Below are positions 13,590-26,748 of a DNA stretch of 64,000 nt, one piece after another. Position 1 is the stretch's first letter. Every line of letters starts with the position of its first letter. The stretch is from Albugo candida (Eukaryota), in contig JBDOQK010000045.1 in the NCBI GenBank assembly GCA_040437565.1, positions 1 to 64,000 on the forward strand, read 5' to 3'. The notes under the pieces were generated by a model. That model saw only the letters and a program-made list of their open reading frames with translations. It did not search any database and was not told the DNA's origin. The position numbers and the translations under genes are program-made.

Positions 13590-14325
13590 GCAAACAAAAG
13601 TTGCATCAAATTTAAAGTGCAAGCGAAATAAATCGAAAAAATACTGCAATTCTACCTTGAATGGGCTTATTATTGCTTGTACATAGCGGGCCTCTATTGT
13701 GGTGTTGCCCTATGCTGCTTAAGGACAGGATATTGCTGTAAACGTAACTAGCTGAAATGAGCGAAATTGCTCAATCAAGAGGGGAGTATAAATAAAGAGA
13801 GAAACTTCATGCCGGTGATTAGTGACCAAACTCATAATCGCGCACTTGTATCCGAATATCTATCGAAGAAACCGGCTCGAGATCCGCCAACTTAATTATG
13901 CTTTCCGTGTACNNNNNNNNNNNNNNNNNNNNNNNNNNNNNNNNNNNNNNNNNNNNNNNNNNNNNNNNNNNNNNNNNNNNNNNNNNNNNNNNNNNNNNNN
14001 NNNNNNNNNNNNCAAAGTAGAGCTACCAAAAGTTGCATTGAAGTTGCAAGCAAAAAAGTACTTTTATTCTGCCTTGAATGGGTTCATTGTTCCTTGTAGA
14101 AAGCGAACCTCTATTGTGTTGTTGCTCTATATTCTTAGAGGTCAGGATATTGCTGTAGGCATTTCTAAGTGCAATGAGCGAAATCTGCTGAATGAAGAGT
14201 GCAGTATCTTTGAAGATAATGACTTCATGCCCATGACTAGTAACAAACTCATATACTTCTAACCAAACATCTATCGAAGATACCTACTCCAGATCCGCCG
14301 ACTTCATCATGCTTTCCGCTGTACA
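13590..14325. repeat. Diverged ~320-bp direct repeat pair flanking a gap
   Basis: 13597-13912 resembles 14029-14323 (aaagttgca...ccttgaatggg...caggatattgctgta...gagcgaaat...tctatcgaaga...agatccgcc...atgctttccg). The many substitutions distinguish it from the exact gap-overlap duplicates. Confidence 0.7.
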
Positions 14326-15406
14326 GAATCTACCGAAAGTGATATTTTTAAGTTTATCTTCAAAGATCGCAATCAGTTGCCTTCTTTATCCTCTATCCGC
14401 ATCATATTGGTTTTGAGTACGCATAGCCGAACATGGGGCTTGATAATGACAGCGATAGTGGCCGTATGCTCTTTAGCAAGAACAAGGCCGAGTGGAATGT
14501 GACTTACTTTCTCCAAGCCGGGTATCAACTGCACAGGCGTGCTGCCATTGTATGCGCAGAAATAGGCGCTCGTAAATAGAAATCACAAGTAACATTTTCA
14601 GTACTCTTAAGTGTTGTCATAAATGCCACACAGTTTTACGTCCTAATATATGGTGCAATCGAGAGCACGTTTGCAGCAGGCATCTCACTACACAATTCCT
14701 CCTGTTGTAAACGATAATGTCAATCCGATCATCTCAATCTCGTTCTGACTGATGTGACCGAAGTGGCTAGATTCCAATGTCACGACTCCAACTTGTTCCA
14801 CTCCTAAGGTATTGATTCAGTAATCTTTCAGCAAAGCTAGGATGGTTATTGCAATGTACTTCAGAATTGAATCGTTTTTCAGAATCGCAATTTTTCGCGC
14901 AAGGCCATTGGAACCTGATATAGCGCTTTGCCAAACGCTTCACAGAAAGCTTACCTTACCATTGACATCCGCGTATCCTGCACATTAACTCTATCGGAGC
15001 AAGCTCTTTCGTTTAGCGACCAACAGAGAATACGTAGCGAGTAGGGCTGTATTGTTGATAACATCCGGAGTCTGAGACTTTTCACCATAATGTGTCGATA
15101 AAAACGCGAGAGATTTTAGGATAACGTGAAAAGCCAAACGAGTTTGCCTTGGTATCCTTCTTTAAAGTCAGCCTTTATTGTCTATTCCTTAGTGATGCTT
15201 GTCCTTGCAGACAAAGAAACAATTTAACTTGCATCATTCGTGAAATTATCCGCAGCAGAGAGCCCAACTTTCTGGAGAGCTTTGTCCATGATCGCCAAGC
15301 ACATTCATATGTTCTACATCCAGAGAAAGCCATTAGTATATGTCTGGGTAAAACGGCACTTCTATTCGACCGCTACAGCCAGATATCCCGTAGTATTTTT
15401 TTATAA

Positions 15407-17846
15407 TGGCTTCTCCCGAAAAATGAAGGCTGGCCCTGTTAGCCAACTTGCACCAAGCCAACAACAAGAAGAGGCAGCAGAGGATCTCGACTGTCAGAGC
15501 CTCATGTCAGACTGGAGTGGAGGGGAGGAAGAGGAAGAGGAAGAAGACTGCTGGATACAAACACAGATCAGCTACAAAAGAGAGTTTCTGCTGTCCAGGC
15601 TCAGCTGACGAAGGGGAGAAGAAGAGATTTCCTACTTATAAAAGTGAGCTGGCTTCTTTTGTCAAAAACGTTATTTATCCTCTAAATCTTTACATAACTT
15701 GGCAGAGAACTGAAGAACTACCAAGTGGAGGAGGTGGAAGTATGTCAAGAATAATAGCCTGCAGAGGGTGAACATCTACTTCAAACCAGCAGGTCAGTGG
15801 CCATCAGCAACTAACAGAAAAGAGCTGTTCATTGCATCAGAAGATGAGAGTATTGAGCAGCAGGAGAAGAGGGAGAAGAAGAAGACAGGATAGAAGGGGC
15901 AACTAACGGTTTAAAGGAAGGGCTGAAAGGCATACAGAACCAGAAAATCAGCTGGGAAAAGCTCCCACCTTATCTTGTTTTAAGACTTATGGCCATCCTC
16001 CATTATCTGGAAGGACGGTTTTACCTGGGCATGAGGAAGAAGGAAGCGGCAGCTACTGCAGCCACGAAAAACTGCACGACACGTCAGACTGGGCCTGCAG
16101 GAACCTTGCGCTTGGGCAGCTCGGTACTTATTCAGCAAAGCCATTCCAACACATCAGCAAGGCTGGCGTATAAAAAGTAAAGAGATCCTAGCAGACCTTG
16201 ATATCAAGAGTGAGTACCTGTCATGGATGAAGAGGAGGAAGCCTAATGAAATATCGCCCAGAGAGCTCTAGATGGTCCTTCAAAACAGCATTATCCTAAA
16301 GGTCCTGGGATAGAAGGATTGGAAGATCAGCTACTTGACAGTGGTAAAGTACCTGAAGATCTGGGGATTCAAAAAGATGGGAAAGCAGCTGTATATGGGT
16401 GGTCATGAGAGGGAGGATGTGCTGAAGTATAGAGAGGTTTGGTCAAAGAGGATGATCGAGTACAAAAACAAGATGGATGAGTGGACTGGAGAGGAGGTGG
16501 ATGTGTTGGTTGAGGACAAGGTGGAAGTGTGGGACAGCAAGCATGTGCATGTGACGCATGATGAGTAACCTTTTTACAGCAACGATGGAAGAGAGGAGTT
16601 CTGGGTAGAAGAAAGAAAGGAAGGCGATAGTTGGATAAGGGAGAGAGTACCAGGAGGTTAAATCATGATCAGTGACTTTCTGTGCCCGTGTAATGGGCCC
16701 ATGAAAGTTACTGATCAGCAAGCGAGGAAGAATGGACTCACTTCACCATCAGCCAGAGAGATCATCAAGGCAGGCAAGAACAGATATGGTTGGTGGAAAA
16801 GTGAAGACATGGTGAGGCAACTCAACGAGAAGGCCATCTCCATTCTCAACATTCTTNNNNNNNNNNNNNNNNNNNNNNNNNNNNNNNNNNNNNNNNNNNN
16901 NNNNNNNNNNNNNNNNNNNNNNNNNNNNNNNNNNNNNNNNNNNNNNNNNNNNNNNNCTCACTTCACCATCAGCCAGAGAGATCATCAAGGCAGGCAAGAA
17001 CAGATATGGTTGGTGGAAAAGTGAAGACATGGTGAGGCAACTCAACGAGAAGGCCATCTCCATTCTCAACATTCTTAATCCAGGATGAATTGGTGAGTTT
17101 TTCAAATTTCTTGTTTCACATTTCTAGTTGGAACTAAGAATTGATTTATTATCTTTACCAGGACTGCTTTCTTTCGACTAATCCTCTAATCATCAAGCGT
17201 TTTCTATCAACGCTCTGGTGGTTGGCAGGTTGACTCTCAAGCCCAAGAAGGAGAAAATATACCAGTATAAAGATGGATCGTACACATCCCAAAAAATCTG
17301 TCAATCCGTGTGGTTTCCCCACAATGGAGAGATTTACTTTAAGTTCGTCGAGATGGCAAGCTTTCTTTCCTGTGCTTTCAAGGTTTCACCACTGACGCTG
17401 GTCTTTCACAGGTGCTGATGGAGCTGGAATCTAGATTGTCATTCCAAGGCATTGCCTCCAGCAAATGACTGCTGCTGATGGCATTCCTTGATGGCCAAGC
17501 CCGATTTTGCTGAACAGGAGTCAGCCTTGGAGATGGAGGTGAAGCAGGCAGGACACATTATTCGATATTGCCCCAAATCCCACTTTGAGTGCAGCTTCAT
17601 CGAGAGGTACTGGGGATGTGCCAAGAGAGCAGCGCGGAACCAATGTAATTATAATTTCACCTCGTTTGGGAAAGGCTCCCTGGTATCCTCCATGTAGTGA
17701 GCATGAAGGAGATTCGGAACCACGCTCGAACATCCTGGCGATACGTTGGAATGTATATCAAAGGCAAGGATGGCGTTGAGGCGGCGAAGATCGAGCGGGA
17801 CAGACGGAATATGAAATCGCACCGAAGTCTATGCGTCAACGATTGA
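15407..17846 (+). pseudogene. Second decayed DDE transposase of the same family as 1607-4014
   Basis: Motifs YMGGHEREDV, HVTHDE*, MISDFLCP, GKNRYGWW, FD*SSNH, NDCC, PKSHFECSFIERYWG, KSHR, with in-frame stops. GT-AG intron at 17093-17161. No TIRs recognised. Confidence 0.8.
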
Positions 17847-18309
17847 TTTTTGCAGGCATATCGATGTGCTGACTGGTGCTTGAGCTTTTTTTGGATTTTT
17901 GATGACTCTGCCATATATACATCGCCATTCCTCGTTTTTTTATCTACACCTCCCATGCCCTGTTTCTTCTCATCCCAGGCCAAACACTGCACATAGAAAT
18001 TCCTCTTTTTTTTGAATACCTTGCCTGCCTTATTTCCTTTTATTACAGCCACGAAAAACAATTGCACAGCATACGACCTTCCAAACGGGGTGTTTCAAAT
18101 CTAGCCGATATTCGAAAAACATGCTAAAAGTTCAAATTTCAAGCGTATCAGCACCATGAAAAATGAAAGATGTGCACAATCTGCTTGCAACAAAATGTGA
18201 AGCACTTTAAAAGCTATAGTTTGGTGCAAAGAAATTGACAACTTTCCAATCCAGGTGTCTGATAGACTTTGAACTTGGTCAAAAAAATGATGGCTCTAGA
18301 GGAGTTGCA

Positions 18310-19160
18310 CCATACCGTGCACGTCTAATTTTTAAGGCGTACCGTGCTTTCAACTGGGAACTTTCTCCTTACCCGTTCTTTCCGCGCACGTTTTATGGGA
18401 TAGTTTATGGCTGTCACGTCTCAAACGGCAACTCCTTACGTTTTGCGCTTGTTACATGCACAACGACTTGATCAGAATCAGACATCTCGTATGTTGGAAA
18501 TATTTTGGTGCGAGCGTATAGAGTAATTTTAGGCGCAACCAGACTAGTAATTATAACGAAATATTTTCAAAAAAAGGCTATACTATTCTATAATTCATTA
18601 CGGAGGAGTTCCTCGCACAGTCTTTCCATACTCCCTATCTCAAAATCAATTGTCGAGCAAATTCTTTTCGGACGCATTCAGATCTCACACGCTACCACAA
18701 GAACTATCTGGAGGGCTACAATGAATGCTTGAAGTGTTCTCCATACTCTTCACGTGATGTTCGAATCTCTCATCTTGGTTGTATTTTTCATTGTTTCCGA
18801 CCGAGATTCTGAATTGTTTAAGACTCGATTCGTAAAATGACGAGACTAAGTGGCGTCTTGAGTGCATTATCAAGCTGATGCGGCTTCCAAAACACGCTTA
18901 TTAGACTCAACGTCGCGTCGGCTTTCTTTTGAGATCTTTCTCTCACTTCCTTCAAGCTGTTCCTTGATTTTTGTCTTCCAACTTTTCCACACTTTTCCAG
19001 GATTCGAAGCTGTCCGCAACTACTCGAGCACCAAACTCCCTTCCAATTTGATTGCGTCGACAACTTCAGAATTTTCGAATAGTCAAAGGATCACTTCCAA
19101 TATCCTCTCCTTAGAGATCGAGTTGGATTGTCAAAAGGTAATTTTCTGCACGTAGTTACG
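18310..19160 (-). mobile_element. LINE fragment homologous to the 7.6-12.2 kb element region
   Basis: 18700-19140 aligns with 10580-11030 (cttcacgtgatg.tcgaa.ctctcatcttggttgtattt; ccaaaacacgct..ttagactcaac). 18310-18630 resembles 11890-12200. Confidence 0.75.
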
Positions 19161-22100
19161 GAAAACCTTTACAGTTCGATCTCGTGATAAAATGCAGCTT
19201 TCAAAAGCGCGGTAAATAAACTTTTTAAAGTAAAAAATCGTGTTGTGCTCAAAAATCCCGCCCCTTATATGAATTGAAGTGTACAATGTGGCCAAGATGA
19301 CTCTCATTTCCGTTGTATTCCCCTTGTACCACAATCTATAATCACGTAGAGAAAATTGACTTCTCGGGTATTAATCTTAATTGATGATTCCGCTTTCTTT
19401 TAAAAAGTTACAGTTGTTTTGTGTTATTCTGACGCCTAATCACTGTTATCCACGCTTGCATGTTGATTTGGCCTCTGATGGTGTCGCTATTGAAGCCAAA
19501 ATACCGAAGAAGCATCATGTGCATAGGTGTGCACTCGAAGTTTATCAGTGATTTCGACCAAATGAGTTGATTTCACCTATACTCTGTGATGAAAACCACG
19601 ATTAATAGCGCCTTATGTGAGCTATTTCTACCTTAAGTCTTGGCTAGAATCAAACACACTTATCGTATACAAGCAAAAGATTTCGTATCCCATTTACAGA
19701 AGAGTTCAGCCCAAGAAAGGAAGCCAACCCAAGAGGTGTGTCGCTCTGTTGCTTTCTACTTGAATATTTTCCATCCCTACCATTTTTACGATGCCACCAC
19801 CAATACAATCGAAGATGAACTAACGGGTCATTAGAGCTTTGTCAACAAATATTGGCTGTATTTGCAACTCATTGGGCATCGATTCTGTAACATCTATTCG
19901 GGATTATTCCACCTCGTTCTCATCAATGCCGCAGTCTTCAAATGACCCCTAATGCTTCTATATACGACACAAATTGTGGCCTATACTTACCCACACGCTT
20001 TCAGTTTCTGGAAGATCAAGCGATTCTCCGGTTTTGCAAAGGCTCTCGTCTCGGCATCGTTTTACAATTCGTTAGTCTATCCTTATCGATGTTTGGATGT
20101 CCTGCCCCTCTGTTCTAGTCTGTGACAAGTTCCTCTATTCTCACCTTGACCTTTTTACATAGCCCGTCATATATAGTCCGTTCAACTTCGTGGACGATAT
20201 CACTGGGACTTATAGCGATCTTGAAGACAATTCTACCTTTACCATGTGATATGGCACCCTCAAGATCCGACCTTTTTTAATCGGTATTTATCTTCTCTGA
20301 GACCGTCTCTCCTTTCTCATTTCTGGTGTTCTGACTAGTCGTAAAGCACTAAAATTGATGGTTCTTGTTGACGTGCTTATCCTCTTCTCCATCCTTGATC
20401 TTGGTGATGGTCTGGAAGGGATTATATCCAGGCTGTGCCACAGCCCCATTTCATTCTCTAATTGCTAAAGTCTATACCATCCCCCTTTTAAAACCTCTCT
20501 CGACTTCTCGGCTAGTCTTCTCACCAGGTCCTGTGGAACAATGGTCTTCCATTTGCGGTTCTTCGTTGATTCTGTCCATCAGCCTTCATTTTCTAGTTTT
20601 CAGATCGACAATCCTTTCCTGCCTTCGAATTTTTCTCTCCCCCTTTGGCTCCTTTATACCGATCTGTTTCTCCTATACTCCTCTTTCTTCAAGAGAGTAA
20701 CGAAGCCCGATGATTAAAGCATTGATAGACGTTTTACTCTCCTAACACCGCATTTCCTATCTACCTCTTGCCCCGAAACTTTTTTTAACACGTGCAAGTT
20801 TCCAGCGCTGGTCCAACCCAATCTCTANNNNNNNNNNNNNNNNNNNNNNNNNNNNNNNNNNNNNNNNNNNNNNNNNNNNNNNNNNNNNNNNNNNNNNNNN
20901 NNNNNNNNNNNNNNNNNNNNNNNNNNNAATCTCTATATATAGCATATTCTAGCGCATTTCCTCAGCACCTTCGTCTGCCGTTTTCGCTAACGATTGTGGT
21001 CCGATATAATTACCTAGAAAAATCGGCATTCAGTCCAATCTTTATTTCACGCGCCGCTCGCCCGATGTACGCTATGACTATCACTTGGAGTGGAATCCAC
21101 TTCAAGTTCAATCCAAGCTTTCCTCTCCGATCAACGTACTTGAGGAATTCTTCTCATTTTCGATCTCTCTGCTGTTGTCGGCTGTATATGCCGCGTTTTA
21201 AAGCTTCACCGAAAAAACATCACTATCAAGCCTATACGGCAAGTCACATACTTCACTAGAAAATTCCTCCTGCGAGCAATCTGCCCTGACATTTATCACT
21301 TGTTTAAATCCACTTCTCCGAAAAAAATCTGCCTCCACCATCAAGACTGGGGCACCTTCCAGTTTTTATCAGCACTATCGTCGAATCCATCCTTTTCTGC
21401 GCCATCCCCATTCTTCATCGTACGTGTAAATTTATTACTTTCCGCTTTTTTCTCCACAGAATCATGGTACGTAATAATGAAGCGTAGACCCCAAAAGCGT
21501 GTACCATTAAAGGCAACATTCCCGGTTCAAATTATCGCCTACTGATGCGCAGCGCTACCAAAGGTACATATCAGAACATTTCATAGTAGTGCTTAAAACA
21601 CTATGGAAGTTGCTGTACAGTTTAATAATCAGGAGTTCATCTATTGTGCTAAGCAAAAAGCCAGGATTACAAAATTTTTGCTTGATTTCTACCTTTTTCT
21701 TTTCCTCTGTTCTCACAAAAAAAATATAGTGGCTTATGTACCGGATGTACTGTAGCACATATCATCGTTTTAATCTTTTCAAGCTTTTAATAGCGGTCTC
21801 CTTTTAAAGCTCTACTACAGTCAGGCTCTCAGGAGGATAACTCAAAAGCTGAAAATCTGACGACGACCCGTGGATCATGACGCAGGCTTCAGGAGCTCTC
21901 GTAACCGACTATACACAACACTTGCTCGAATGTTTTTATGCTGCATTTTACTCCTTCGAGCACTCAATATATTGACATTGCGTCCACTATCTTTTTATAA
22001 TGATCAGGCATATTTTCCATGTGCTATGCAGGAGGCTCTTTTTTTTTTAATTTATCTCCATTTTTGCTATAACAAAGAAACTGGCCACTCACAGACTTTT

Positions 22101-25100
22101 TTAAAGACAGATGAGAATAGAAGCCCATCGAAACCGATTTTCTCTACAAATTTGAGTATTGATCCGGCAAGTTGAGCTCAGAACCGCCATAACATTTCGA
22201 GTCAAAACTTTACAATTCGGATAGTCAAGCAAATGATGATGGTTCAAGGCCTTGTGGCACACTGAACGAATGACTAGGCGAAGAGTCTTCGTCCACAATT
22301 CTTTGAAGCTCTAACCGGTAAATTTGGGTATCTATGAGGCAGGTGTTTTATTATAGAATTTTTGCTTCTAAATCGATCCTTGTTTATTCTTCGCATCATT
22401 CTTGAAGCGGAGCTCACCATAGACATTGTGGGAGATCCTGCCCATCTGATATATCGGTCCTATATATCAGTTGATCTTATTATAAATCTTACTGCTTTCC
22501 TTCGTACCAAGTTTTGAGTATTTTTGATCCCTGACACGTATTCAGAGAAACATATTAGCATTTGATAGCTTGCTCGTGCCATTAAGTTAACCAGGCCGCT
22601 TTCAACCGAGCACTTATGAGTCAATAGCATAAGTTTTCGATATAGTGTCTCCATGCTAAACTGTACCCACTTACACCGCTTCTGCGTTTATTGAAAATAT
22701 TGTAGCTACTCGCACTTGATGAAGTATTCCGCATTTTTCATTAGCTGCGCATTCATATCATTCAATCCCCACATGAGCTTTGCATGACTCTGACGTTAAA
22801 ATGATAAATCACACGCCTAAATAAAATGACGGTACGATATGTGCGAGTCTAATAATGCCCGCTTGTGGCCATTCTAGATTCCTTATCGACTGGCATCTTT
22901 GGTGATCTCACGCCGTTAATAATATGTGCACTCATTGGTGCAGACGCTAGTCCGCACATGTCATCATCCTTATCTTCGAGATTTAATGCCGAAGAAACAA
23001 TCCCGGATGTTGAGAAGATTGCCTGTTCTTCAAATTATGAGCTACATTAGTTTCAAATTCCCTGTCGATCTACGCTTTCTCGAGGTACCTAGCCGCGTTT
23101 ATGTGCATCAAAAAGCANNNNNNNNNNNNNNNNNNNNNNNNNNNNNNNNNNNNNNNNNNNNNNNNNNNNNNNNNNNNNNNNNNNNNNNNNNNNNNNNNNN
23201 NNNNNNNNNNNNNNNNNTTCAAATTCCCTGTCGATCTACGCTTTCTCGAGGTACCTAGCCGCGTTTATGTGCATCAAAAAGCATTATCACTCGTCAGCTA
23301 GATCCTTTTGTGAATGCAATCAGCTAGAAGCTATTGTCGTGTCAGTTACCTTTGCTGTCTCTTCCTTCGGCACCTCGACCACAACATGATGATGGTTTCC
23401 TTCTTCCATTTAATAATCGGGTCGCAATTCCAGAAGGCCCCCCCCCATCTGTCGGCATCGTATTTTCTCCACTTTTTCTGTTGTTTCATCTAGTCAATCT
23501 CTCGCAAACATTCTTGTTTTCAGGCAACTTTAATCTCAAAAAGTGCTCCCTGGAACGAATTACTTCACCATGAGTTACATGTATTGCGTCAGTACTGCCG
23601 GCGCAGAGGCCGTACAAGATATGTTTTTGCTCGGATCCTTCGGAGTGTCGCTTTCTACATATCAATTGAAGAGATTTCTTAGCTCTCGGCGGAAATTAAA
23701 AAGCTGATCGCATAGATGATGTGTTCTTTTCTTGAAAAATTGTTCCCATTTGTTGATTTGTTTAGTTGGGTCTTCCAAGTTGCTTCAAGATGTTCTTGTT
23801 CCGCTTCCACCAGCTCATTTGTAGAGGATGAAAGTCTGCAAGGATATGGTGCATGCGCTGACAATATCGTCTGATATGTCATAAAATCTTTTTGTCCGAG
23901 CAGTGATAGACTCTTCGGTAATGTATATCCGTTTCTTTGCAAGCTGATCATCATTGCTTTAATCGCAATTTGGATGTCTCTTCAGTCAAATCAATATCAT
24001 TCATCAAGTCAGCAAGAAGTCAGTCCGATTTTCTTCTCCCTGGGTGACGAATAAACTCTACGCTCAAGTTGCACTAATCATAAGCAGACTTGTTGATATG
24101 TTAAATATCATACTTCTTGAATCGAAATGAACTTAGTCATTCCAAATCAAACCATACATATCAGTCTTTTTTGAAAAATCATTCCGGAAGAGGGATAGAG
24201 AGTGCATTTCGTTTCCAACCTTGACAAACAGTACCTATGCTTGGTAACATTAAACCAAATTATATCGCATTTCGAGAATCTCCTCCTTCACCACGTCAAT
24301 CTACTTCACGTTTATCGTTATCCAATTGTGCTTCTAAGGTCAGATAATTAACGTTCAATAAGATCAGCTCAAACATGCTGCATGTTCTTTGCCGATTCCA
24401 CATTTCTTGTCGATTCCTTGCTAGAATACAATTCCATGAGGAGATGCATACCATGTCAGCTGATTGCTGATCACAATGAAAAGAAATTTTGCCTTTTAAC
24501 TTCTGGTGATTCATAGCAGTATCAATTTCAATGACGATTCGCATACTTTCTCCTTTTTTGGACATAATTGCTGGATTGTATGCTCGATAACTTCTTGTTG
24601 ATTTCCTGACCGCTGTTACATACGCGATCAATCGGTGCTTTTTGGCTAAAAGACTGCCAACGCGTACGACTCGATAGTGTCAAAGTAATGCGATACGGTA
24701 GATTTATCTATATTCAGCCTCTTTATATCAACCTCGGAATGTTGTGGCCACAATAGATAGATTCACTCATTCTGAAGGCAAGGTCCTTCGCAATTTTAGA
24801 TCCTTGGTGTATCATGAAACCTCCGAGAGTTTTGAGAGCAATGGTTTTCATTCGGAATTGTTCAACTGCTACGGCAATAGACAAAGCGTAAGGCTCCCAA
24901 GTGAGCATATTCTTGGATCCCTTACATACTCAGTCCAGATAAACGTACGCAGCTTTGGAGGCAATCAACAATAGCCAATTTCAAGATGATAGCAGCAAGT
25001 TTAAGTAGAAATTATTGTGTTCGACGATCGATCAGTAAACATTTTTGCTCTAGAGCAGTAACTAGTATAGATGGCGCTTTTTGAGCGTCATGTCAGGAAA

Positions 25101-26748
25101 ACAGGTGGTGCACGAGCCGTGCTCTAACCGATCTTGCAAATGAAAGCTTGAACCAGAGTTCAGAGCAAATAGTTAGTTCTCCCTCAAGTTGAGTTGAACT
25201 CCAGCCGAAGTGAAACGGTCTATCGACCAGAATGAAGGTGCTGACCAAAAAGTCTGTTTAGCTGCAGTAAATGCGGTGCATAAGCCCAGAAATAATGAGT
25301 TAGATCATTGGTACTTTCATGTTTTAGAACCTCGTCTCCACGAGATCATTTTGGATACGATACCCGGTGATTGACTTCCTGTCAGACCAAAGCAATTGAC
25401 CAAAAATGTGGAGACCAATTAAGAATGTTGTTATACCACGCATCTGGGCTAAAACGGATGTATCACGAGTGGTGGAAAATTCAACAATCTTCGTAAAGCG
25501 TAGTTGATTGTCAACTCAGCAACCACTCGTATCCAGCTTGTCGCTCCCTTTAAACGAGCTATATCTCAACCATCTACTTTTTGATGCAGCCTTGACTCGG
25601 CTTTATTGCTGAATACGATCGAGGATGGTATGAACATGCTTTCGCGTCACACTAGTAAACAGAGCACAGAGAAAGTGTTCTAAGATATCGTAAATACTTT
25701 ATCGATGTCTAGCAATACAATTGCCGTAATTTCATGGTACATAATTTCGTTTTCTTCTCGTCATAACAGTTCTCACACCAAAACGATCGCTTGATCTCAG
25801 CAAATATTCTTCGAATCTAGTTTTGAATCGGAGCATGACTTGATGGTTTTATTCATGATATGGATCCCAATAAAGTTCAGCAATAAATGCACTTGCTGCC
25901 TTCCACGCTACTCGGTTTTGGGTCACGCTCAGCGTCGTCTCTCCAAACCACCGCAGCATGACACACCATGGATCGGCATGAATAGCTGTCGTGACTTGCT
26001 GTGATGCTTTTTAATGTCCGAGTCGAATTAATGCGCGACAGCTACGTCTGATGCTCCTTCATGTCGAAGCAGAGAACATGCTCTCCTTATAGTGATGGGC
26101 ATGCAAGCTTCCTCAGATCAAACCCACATTTTGTAACTCAGGATACAATCCATTAGTAGTTGAGACTTTGCCACTTGTATAGACAATCTAAATGCGATGA
26201 TCCACCATTGACATCCTCTTTGCTGAGTAGCTAACATGTGCGCATAAATGCATTCCCATGGCGATAAGATCCCTTCATAGATAACATTGAAAATCCACGT
26301 CGAGATAATGTCCTCTATCACCATATAATGTAGTGCCAAAACCGATTCTTCGGTGTCTCCTAAAAAACCTATCGACAAAAAAGCGAATCTCAAATTACGA
26401 CATTTTGATGAATTTGCAATTGCATTGGTTTCAACGATGTACCGTACTCCTCAAAACAAATAGCCACAATTTAAGCCAATCGCTACTGTCACCCAATTTG
26501 GTTGACGATTGACTGTCTCGCCACAAATCCATTGAAATCAATTCATTGCATTGGCTGGATAGACCTCAACCATTCACAACCAAATACACCCACTCGCCAA
26601 AGTGGCTGGGTTCGTTTCTCAAGTTAATTTTAAATATGTCGCACTGTAAGCATAAATAACTCCCACAATCCCCCCAATACAGTGAATGTAACAAAGTCAA
26701 TTCGACGATTTTTTGGTTACGGCGCGCATTCTACGTTTCCAATAGTCG

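Noticed and set aside
22200-24000. Possible Gypsy gag/protease remnant on the minus strand
   Set aside because: Only vague resemblance (INGVR..VDKE). No intact DSG/DTG, RT motifs or LTRs seen.
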